NCBI GenBank assembly: GCA_043749505.1
Contig: JAYVDI010000084.1
Location: 7,339 to 71,338 of the forward strand
Origin: Schlesneria sp.
Lineage (GTDB): Bacteria; Planctomycetota; Planctomycetia; Planctomycetales; Planctomycetaceae
Length of the DNA: 64,000 nt
Reading direction: 5' to 3'
The notes beneath the pieces are model-generated. The model saw only the letters and a program-made list of their open reading frames with translations, did not search any database and was not told the origin of the DNA. Positions 1 through 7,700 of the stretch are shown in pieces. A program made the position numbers and the translations under genes. Every line of letters begins with the position of its first letter. Position 1 is the first letter of the stretch.

Positions 1-38
1 TCGACAAGCTGCTCAGCCCCGAACGATTCGAGTGAGCC

Positions 39-1664
39 ATGTCCGAGCTCCTTACGATGACCGGCATCTCGAAGCGATTCGGCGCGACTCAGGCGCTGGC
101 GGGTGTTTCGTTGAGTGTTCCCGCCGGACGAGTTCTCGCGCTGATTGGCGAGAACGGTGCGGGGAAAAGCACGTTGATGAAAGTGCTCAGTGGGGCACAT
201 GGGCCGGACTCGGGGAGCATGCTACTGGCGGGACGGTCCTACGCACCGAGTGGTCCGCACGACGCGCGGCTCGCCGGGGTGAGCATGATCTATCAGGAAC
301 TGAACCTCGCGCCGGACTTGTCGGTTGAGGACAACATCATGCTCGGACAAGAGGCGCGGCGATCCGGTGCCTCACGGCTGTCGCGATGGCTTGGTCCCTT
401 CGTCCCGCTCGATCGCTCGGCGCAGCGAGTCCGCGTGAAGCAGGCTCTTGACCTGCTTGGCCATCCGCATCTCAAGCCTGAAACGCGCGTCGGTGATCTC
501 CCGATTGCCGTGCAACAACTGGTTGAGATCGCGCGGGCCTTGGTCTCCGAATCGAAGGTCATCGTGTTCGATGAACCGACCAGTTCGCTGACGCGACAGG
601 ATGTCGAGCATCTGTTCGCGGTTATCCGCAAGCTGCGCGACGCCGGACTGGGAATCGTCTACATCAGCCACTTCCTCGAAGAGATCAGGCAGGTCTGCGA
701 CTGCTACTCGGTGCTGCGCGACGGTCGTTCGGTGGGACAAGGCGAGCTGGCGGGAACGACCGACACGCAGATCGTCTCGCTGATGGTCGGCCGTGGCGTG
801 GCGGACCTCTTTCCCACCGTGGCGCACACACCGGGTGAGGTGCTGCTGTCATTGCAGGGCCTCAGCGGCGAACGGTCTCCACAACACGTGTCGCTCGAAT
901 TGCGGCGAGGCGAGATTCTCGGACTGGCCGGCTTGATCGGAGCCGGTCGCACCGAGACGCTTCGTTGCCTGTTCGGCCTCGATGCGGTGACGAGTGGAGA
1001 AGTGATGATCGCGTCGAATCGAGCGGACTGGGTAAATCGGGCCAGCTTGAAATCGAAAGCACCCCTCACCCTGGCCCTCTCCCCACAAAGCCGGGGCGAG
1101 GGAACAAGAGGGCTGCCGGACTTGACAGTACTGCCACGCTCGACGCGCGGTCGCATCCGTGCGGGACTCGGTCTCGTCTCGGAGGACCGCAAGACCGAGG
1201 GCCTCGCGCAGACACGGACGATTGCCGACAACATGACCTATAGCCGACTCGCGCCGTATGCGCGCGGTGGCGTGCTCAACTTGAAGCGACGCCGCGAGGA
1301 AGTCGTGCGTTGGATGGGGCGTCTCCAAGTCAAAGCCAACTCCCCCGAACAGACGATCGGCCAACTCTCGGGAGGCAATCAACAGAAGGTCGCCATCGCG
1401 CGTGTCCTTCATCAGCAAGCCGACATCCTGCTGCTCGATGAACCGACGCGCGGCATTGATGTGGGAACGAAGTCCGAAATCTATCGACTCATGGGCGAAC
1501 TGGCCGCCGAAGGGAAGGCGATCATATTTGTCAGTTCATACCTGACGGAATTGCTCGCCGTCTGCGATCGCGTCGGCGTGATGGCCCGAGGCCAACTCAA
1601 AGAGATCCGCCCCGCCAGCGACTGGACCGAAGAGTCGATCATGAGCATCGCCGTCTCGATCTGA
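39..1664 (+). CDS. Sugar-type ABC transporter ATP-binding protein with two nucleotide-binding domains (RbsA/MglA/XylG-like)
   Basis: 541-aa ORF with ATG at 39. NBD1 has Walker A GENGAGKST. NBD2 has the EDRK linker motif, signature LSGGNQQKVAIAR and Walker B LLLDEPTRGID. It carries an in-frame insert of about 35 aa derived from a repeat (1032-1136). An 11-codon tail of an upstream + strand ORF (..DKLLSPERFE*) ends at 33-35. Confidence 0.85.
   Translation: MSELLTMTGISKRFGATQALAGVSLSVPAGRVLALIGENGAGKSTLMKVLSGAHGPDSGSMLLAGRSYAPSGPHDARLAGVSMIYQELNLAPDLSVEDNIMLGQEARRSGASRLSRWLGPFVPLDRSAQRVRVKQALDLLGHPHLKPETRVGDLPIAVQQLVEIARALVSESKVIVFDEPTSSLTRQDVEHLFAVIRKLRDAGLGIVYISHFLEEIRQVCDCYSVLRDGRSVGQGELAGTTDTQIVSLMVGRGVADLFPTVAHTPGEVLLSLQGLSGERSPQHVSLELRRGEILGLAGLIGAGRTETLRCLFGLDAVTSGEVMIASNRADWVNRASLKSKAPLTLALSPQSRGEGTRGLPDLTVLPRSTRGRIRAGLGLVSEDRKTEGLAQTRTIADNMTYSRLAPYARGGVLNLKRRREEVVRWMGRLQVKANSPEQTIGQLSGGNQQKVAIARVLHQQADILLLDEPTRGIDVGTKSEIYRLMGELAAEGKAIIFVSSYLTELLAVCDRVGVMARGQLKEIRPASDWTEESIMSIAVSI
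1062..1108. repeat. GC-rich palindromic element, family A (CCCCTCACCCT.GCCCTCTCCCC.CAAAGC.GGGGCGAGGG), copy inside a CDS
   Basis: Near-identical copies lie at 9456-9498, 38539-38581 (inverted), 38669-38716, 56828-56875 (inverted) and 62651-62697. The ends CCCTCACCC and GGGCGAGGG can pair. Confidence 0.85.
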
Positions 1665-1685
1665 TCGACGCTTTAGGGTGGTGCC

Positions 1686-2333
1686 TCACCCGCCCGCGAA
1701 CAGCAGCCTCATCACGAATTGAACCGCCTCGCCAATCGGATTGAAGCCGGTCAGTTGTGGCAGCAGGATGAGGGCGATCAGCAGCATCGGTCCCAGTGAA
1801 CAGAATTGGTTCCACGCGGGACGCAGGCTGTCGGGGATCACGCCATCGACGATCTTGCTTCCGTCCAATGGTGGAATCGGAAACAGATTGAACACGCACA
1901 GCACGACGTTGACCTGGATCAGCACAATCAACAGAAATGGAACCGGCCCGAGTTGCGGAAGGAGTCCCGCGAACTGTGGTTGAGTCAGCAGCTTGAATGC
2001 GACAAACGCGCCGGTCGCGATGAGGGCGTTCGAGATCGGCCCGGCCGCCGCGACGAGCAACATTCCGCCGCGAAGGCTTACGCCCGGACGAAACCGCAGC
2101 GGATTGACCGGCACCGGCTTGGCCCAGCCGAACGGCACGCCCATCAGCGGCAGCAGGAACGTCCCGATCGGGTCCATGTGGACGAGCGGGTTCAGCGAGA
2201 GTCGGCCCAACTGTTTGGCCGTGTCGTCCCCCAGCTTCCACGCCGTCCAAGCATGTGCCCATTCATGAACAGTCAGCGACAACAAGAACGGGATGAACAT
2301 CATCAACCGCTCGATCAGATCGTTCACGTCCAC
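1686..2333 (-). CDS. Site-2 protease family (peptidase M50) membrane metalloprotease, short form without a PDZ domain
   Basis: 215 aa. HEWAH zinc motif in the first TM region and NLFPIPPLDGSKI motif in a later TM. GTG start at 2333 with GGAGAG 7 nt upstream. Confidence 0.85.
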   Translation of the reverse strand: MDVNDLIERLMMFIPFLLSLTVHEWAHAWTAWKLGDDTAKQLGRLSLNPLVHMDPIGTFLLPLMGVPFGWAKPVPVNPLRFRPGVSLRGGMLLVAAAGPISNALIATGAFVAFKLLTQPQFAGLLPQLGPVPFLLIVLIQVNVVLCVFNLFPIPPLDGSKIVDGVIPDSLRPAWNQFCSLGPMLLIALILLPQLTGFNPIGEAVQFVMRLLFAGG

Positions 2334-2395
2334 GATGGTCTCTCCAATAGATTGTGACGCGCTTGGCGCGATAGAGCGTCAATTGGTTCTGATGA

Positions 2396-2518
2396 TTTTC
2401 CGAGCGGGTTGGCGTCAGCCCCCCGGTTCTTGGGCGTCAGCCCACTCATCACCGCATCCAAGCACCGGGGGGCTGACGCCAACCCGCTCGGAAAACGCAA
2501 GAGGGCTGACGCCCAAGA
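2396..2518. repeat. Interleaved palindromic element built on four copies of GGCGTCAGCC / GGCTGACGCC
   Basis: Arm A 2396-2427 pairs perfectly with A' 2464-2495 (32 nt). Arm B 2428-2443 pairs with B' 2503-2518. The order is A-B-A'-B'. It lies in the intergenic region between the AAA and M50 genes. Confidence 0.8.
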
Positions 2519-2539
2519 GTCACGTTTGAGTTGCTGACA

Positions 2540-4027
2540 TTACGCTAGATCCACTCGTCGTCCAGCCCACTTGTCCGCCGACACCTCGTCGCGCGAGACC
2601 CCTTCCGTACCCGAGATCGCCTCCAGTCGCTGGACCTGAGCTTTGGGAACGAGTACCGCCGTGTCACCGCCACTCGGCCGCAGCTTGATGAACGTGGCAT
2701 CGACCCACAGCACGTCTCCCTCCAACGGCGGCTGGTCCTTCAAATGGAGCCGCACCACGGCGCGGCCGGTTGGTTCGGCGAGTTGTGACGTGGACTCGAT
2801 CAACACCGCATCGAGTCGATCAAACAACCGGTTCTGTGACTCGCGCGGACGGAGCGCCTGACGAAAGTCGTCGCGTGTGACGGCCAGCTCTGACGACTGT
2901 TGCCTCGCTCGTCGCACAGCCAGCAATGCGGCTTCGTTGGCGAGGCTTTCGAGGTCCGCGCCGTGCTGCCCTTCCGTCCAACCGGCCACTTCATCGAGCG
3001 ACACGTCTTGGTTGAGTGGCTTGCCCTTGGTGTGAATCTTCAAAATCTCGACCCGATCCGCGCGCGTCAGTTCGGGCATCTTGATCCGCCGGTCAAAGCG
3101 GCCCGGTCGGAGCAGGGCTTGATCAAGAATGTCGGGGCGGTTCGTCGCCGCGATCACCACGATGCGCGGCTGCTGCTGAAAGCCATCCAAACAGACGAGC
3201 AACTGGTTGAGCGTCTGTTCCCGTTCGTCGTGACTGCCACCCAGCCCCGATCCACGACGGCGACCGATCGCGTCGATCTCGTCGATGAAGATCACCGCCG
3301 GCGAATTTTTGGTCGCTGTCTCAAACATGTCTCGTACGCGCGCGGCACCGACACCCACGAACAGTTGCACGAACTCCGACGCCGCGACGACATAAAACTT
3401 CGCGCCGGTCTCCCCCGCCACGGCCCGCGCGAGATACGTCTTTCCCGAACCGGGCGGGCCTTCCAGCAAGATACCGCGAGGAAGCCGCACGCCCGCGTCA
3501 GTCCACCGCTGCGGAGCCTTCAAAAAATCGACGACATCGCCGAACAACTCTTTCGCCTCGTGACAGCCCCCCACATCCGCAAACGTGATCTTGGCCTCCG
3601 CCCCGACCAGCTTCGCGCGACTCTTGCTCAGCTCTAACAGGTTGAAGCCCCCCGCCCCGCCGTTCATCCGCTTCAAGAACCAGATCACCGCCATCAACAC
3701 AATGACCGCAGCCAGGGCATAGATCATCAGAGATTCGTACCCCCCCGAGAACGACCTGTATTGAGGCTCAACTCCCAATCGATCCAGTCGCTCACCCAAG
3801 TCTTGACTGAGACTGCCCGCGGTCTCCATCCATTTCGTCCCGGCAGTCTGAAAGCGAATCCGATTGCCGTCGATCTCGACGCTACGAACGTCGCCCGCTT
3901 TCACCGCCGCCGAGAACGTTTGAAACGGCACATTACGAGCCGCCCCATCTTGGCTGGCGAGGTACAGCCAGAAGAACACAGCGCCCAGCGCGAGCCAAAA
4001 CAGCAGCGTCTTCAGTTTTGAGTTCAT
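2540..4027 (-). CDS. FtsH-like membrane AAA+ ATPase lacking the M41 protease domain
   Basis: 495 aa. FtsH-type N-terminus (TM, extracytoplasmic domain, TM). Walker A GPPGSGKT, Walker B IFIDEIDA and [22 protein letters not shown] are present. There is no HExxH anywhere. The C-terminal ~110 aa are an unrelated small domain. Confidence 0.85.
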   Translation of the reverse strand: MNSKLKTLLFWLALGAVFFWLYLASQDGAARNVPFQTFSAAVKAGDVRSVEIDGNRIRFQTAGTKWMETAGSLSQDLGERLDRLGVEPQYRSFSGGYESLMIYALAAVIVLMAVIWFLKRMNGGAGGFNLLELSKSRAKLVGAEAKITFADVGGCHEAKELFGDVVDFLKAPQRWTDAGVRLPRGILLEGPPGSGKTYLARAVAGETGAKFYVVAASEFVQLFVGVGAARVRDMFETATKNSPAVIFIDEIDAIGRRRGSGLGGSHDEREQTLNQLLVCLDGFQQQPRIVVIAATNRPDILDQALLRPGRFDRRIKMPELTRADRVEILKIHTKGKPLNQDVSLDEVAGWTEGQHGADLESLANEAALLAVRRARQQSSELAVTRDDFRQALRPRESQNRLFDRLDAVLIESTSQLAEPTGRAVVRLHLKDQPPLEGDVLWVDATFIKLRPSGGDTAVLVPKAQVQRLEAISGTEGVSRDEVSADKWAGRRVDLA

Positions 4028-4116
4028 GGAATTTCAAACAGCCTCATTGAACGACTGGAGTGTCTCATACGTGGCAACCCGCCGCGCGAGCAAGGACGAC
4101 GGTACGGGGTGGCAGC

Positions 4117-4458
4117 TTACAATCGGAGAAGTGTTCGCAATTCGGCTTCAATCCCGGGTGCGAACTGCGCCGGAAGTTCGCCGAGGTATCGCACAAGACT
4201 GCTGCGGTGAAGCGTGGCAACCTTGTGCAGCCTCAAGACGGAACGAGCCTTGAGATTCGTTCCTGCCAATCCGGGGCTGGCCGGGTCCAGCAAAACATCG
4301 GTTGGTAGTGACATCACTGGCGTCACGGATGAGATGTACGCCACGACGACCTCGGGAATGGAACCGATTGGTCCCGTCAACAGCAGCACCGGTCGCAATT
4401 TCATTCCGGGTGCATCGCCGAAAGGGAAGTTGGCGAGGTAGATCTCACCGGGGTTCAT
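4117..4458 (-). CDS. Type II toxin, PemK/MazF family
   Basis: 113 aa. The N-terminus MNPGEIYLANFPFGD...KLRPVLLL is typical of PemK/MazF. It overlaps the upstream small ORF by 14 nt. Confidence 0.8.
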   Translation of the reverse strand: MNPGEIYLANFPFGDAPGMKLRPVLLLTGPIGSIPEVVVAYISSVTPVMSLPTDVLLDPASPGLAGTNLKARSVLRLHKVATLHRSSLVRYLGELPAQFAPGIEAELRTLLRL

Positions 4459-4684
4459 CGGTCGCCCTTCCGTCTGTCAGCGAATAAATGTCCTCGCGCG
4501 CGTCGGCCAACTCGGTGGCCCATTCGCGTGCAACTCCCGCTGACCAGTTTTGACCTGCATCGTCTTCGTTGGAAGCATTGACCCATATCATCACATCAAC
4601 CGGCCCCGGCGAGACATTCTCGGGAACAACGACCCACAACCGATGCTGTTCATCAATGCGGCCCTTCAATTTGAGAATGGTCAC
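4445..4684 (-). CDS. Putative cognate antitoxin (small beta-strand AF2212/DUF104-like N-terminus, acidic C-terminus)
   Basis: 79 aa. GTG start with CAGGAG 7 nt upstream. Its position and overlap with the PemK gene support the call. No strong family motif was recognised. Confidence 0.55.
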   Translation of the reverse strand: MTILKLKGRIDEQHRLWVVVPENVSPGPVDVMIWVNASNEDDAGQNWSAGVAREWATELADAREDIYSLTDGRATDEPR

Positions 4685-4753
4685 GGTACGACTCCTGAAC
4701 GAGGCGAAATCCCCAATACTGACGCGACGGTAGCAGATCGGCCGAGGCCCGGT

Positions 4754-7700
4754 CTACTTCCCCTTCAAGCTCTCCAAGTAAGCCAGTAGCGCCGCGAGTT
4801 GCTCGACATTGAGCTTGTCGGTCAGGCCGAAGGGCATGATCGAGACATCGCGTTTTCCCCGTTCGTCGATCTCGGACTTCTTGAGGATCGTTGCCAGACC
4901 GGCCACGTTGCGGAGTTCGATCTCATCGCCTGATTCTCGCACCACGAAGCCGTCGTGAACCTTGCCTGCATCGGTGACGAAGAACTGCGACTCGAAGCCC
5001 TGCGCGATCTTGGCACTCGGTTTGAGGATCGACTCGATCAACTCTTCCCGCTTGTACCGCTTGGCGATGTCGAGCAGCAGCGGTCCCTTGAGCGGTTCGT
5101 TCTGCGAGACCGTGTGACACGCGCTACAACCCTGTCTCGCAAACAGTTTCTTGCCGTACTTATCGTCCCCCTTGATCGAGGCTGTTTGAGCAATCGCCTC
5201 AGGCAGCGAAAGCTTGGCGAGCAGTGGCTTGTTCGGATCGACGGGCGGCTCCTTGTCGAGTTCCAGTTTCGCGGCGGCCCACTTCGCAGCGGCGCGAATG
5301 CCAGCGTTCTCCGACTTCGTCAGGTTGACGACTTGCAGCGATTGCGACTCGGCATCTGAGCGGCCGATCGCGCGAAGCAGGCTCACCGCGAGTTCCGGTT
5401 GCGACCACGCTCGCTCGACAAGCTTGAGAGCCGCGTCGCGCTCGGCCTTCTCACCGCGCGGGTTATCCGCCACTTGGACGAGGATCGCGTAGAAGTACTC
5501 GCGCACAAGCGACTCGCCTCCGGCGGCAACGAGAACACTCGGCGATTCAATCATCTCACCCAGTTTGGCGATATGCTTCGCGAAGACCGGTTCGCGGACG
5601 AAGCCGTTCCACGCGGCGACGACTTCGCCGTTCGGCTCATTTGCGTCCACTTCGGCAAACGCGCGCAATGCGATCTCCAGAACTTCGGGCTGGTTGGTAC
5701 GGCGCCCCAAGCCGCGCAGAGCCTTCACTCGCAACTCGGTCTGCGACTTATCGAACGTGGCCGCGACCTCCAACAACCGCGCGGCATCGCCCGACATTGG
5801 CGAACTTCCCGGCGCGAGCAACTCGACCCCCTGCGCGAAGAACGTTTTGTCGGCATGAGCCAGTGCGACGATCCGCTCTGTCGTGCCGGACAACTCAATC
5901 TTGTGCCGCCTCAATTCGACGAGCAGCCTCTTCACGGTGCGGGAGTCGCCCGTTGCCAACTCGGTTTGCAGAGCCTTCGTGATGCGATCGGTCTCGGACC
6001 ACGCGACCGGTTTGTAGTACGGGCCACTCGTGTCGGGGCGGGTACTCCACCAGTCGCCGGTGTATTCCCCTTCGCGATCATGGAGCCGACAAAGCGTTGC
6101 GAGAATCAGTTGCCGCGTCGTGGCGTAAGTGATCGGCTGACCGGTTGGCTGAGCAACAATCGGACGATCGAGCCATTCGATCAGCCCCGCGACAACAACG
6201 GGATCATGCAGCCGTCGCAACACCGCCGCTGCTCCAATCCGTTGTTCGAGCATTCGCTGCTCGGTCGAATTCGAGTTGAGAGACGCCAGACAAACTTCGC
6301 CCGCTTTCAACTCAACGAGACTATCGATGGCAACGTGAGCCACGATCGGATCGCGGTCCACCGCGAGCGGCAGCATTTTCTCCTGAACTTCGCGCGAGAC
6401 CTTGCCAAACCGTGACAGTCCGCGCACCGCCTGCAAGCGGACACGAGCATTCACGTCGGACAGAGCCTCCACAAACGGCTGGGACGACGTGTTCGCAAGC
6501 TGCGTTGTTCGATCGGCCATCGCACGCAAAGTGTGTTCGCGGATCGAAGCATCCGTCGCCAGCTTGGCCAGTACCATGTGAGACTTCTCACCGAGCAACT
6601 GCTTCAGGGTGAAGATCGCCGCGATCCGCACGGGGAGCATTGCATCAGAGGCGGCAAGTTGTTCGATGCCGTTCACCAACTCTGGCGACTCGCCCCGCAC
6701 GAGGATCTCTCGTTGGGCAGTCAACCGAATCGTGTGGCTCGGCGAGGCGAGTTGGCGAAGCAGTCGCGAGGTCTCTCCCAAGGCAGCCCTGTCGCTCCGC
6801 GACAGGAGGCGAGATGAACCCGCGGCTTCGTTTGCGGAATCCGTTTTCGATTTCGAGTCGCTCGACGATCGCGCTTCCTGTCGCGGAGCGACAGGGCTAC
6901 CTTGGGCGACTGGTCTCACCATCACGACGTACCCGACCTCGGGCTTGCTGAAGTTGAAGCCACCGTCGCGCCAACTGCTGATATAGATGTTGCCGCTGGC
7001 GTCGATGTCCATGTCGGTGGGGCGAGGCAACTCGACGAATGGTTCCTGCTCGGCCGTGAACCCCGCGCCATTCTTGGTGAGCGGATGCCGGTAGACGATG
7101 CTGCAGCCCCAGTCACAGGTGTAGAGCGACTGGCCGAGTCCCTCGGGCAGAGTCGGCTCGTCGATGAAGAGCGATCCACATGGCGAGCCGCCGCCGTAAT
7201 CGGCCATCGGCGGGATGATCTCATCCGGGAAGTTGATGAAGAGCGACGGGTAGCCCATCTGCCCGCCATGCGGCACATGACTGAGTCGCACGTTCCAGCC
7301 GCCACCGTCGTTGGTGTTGTCGCGCGTGAAGAGATCGAGTTCCGGGCTGATCGCCACGTCGTAAATGTTTCGCTGCCCGCGCGAGACGACTTGCAACTCA
7401 GAGCCATCCGGTCGGCAACGGACAATCCCGCCGCCGCGATACGCCAGCTCTTTTCCATCCGAGCCGGTCGCCTTGATGAAGCCGTAGTCTCCGACCGCAA
7501 CATAAATCCAACCGTCGATGCCGACTTGAATCCCGTTTGTCGTGTGGTCCGCCCCGCGAAACTTGAGATCAAAGCCGATCCCTTTGACCAGAGTCTCGGA
7601 GCGGTCACTCACACCGTCGCCGTTGTCATCGTGCAGGGCCACCAGGTTCGGCGGGGCGAGGACGATGAGCGAGGTCTTCAAGGTAGCCCTGTCGCTCCGC

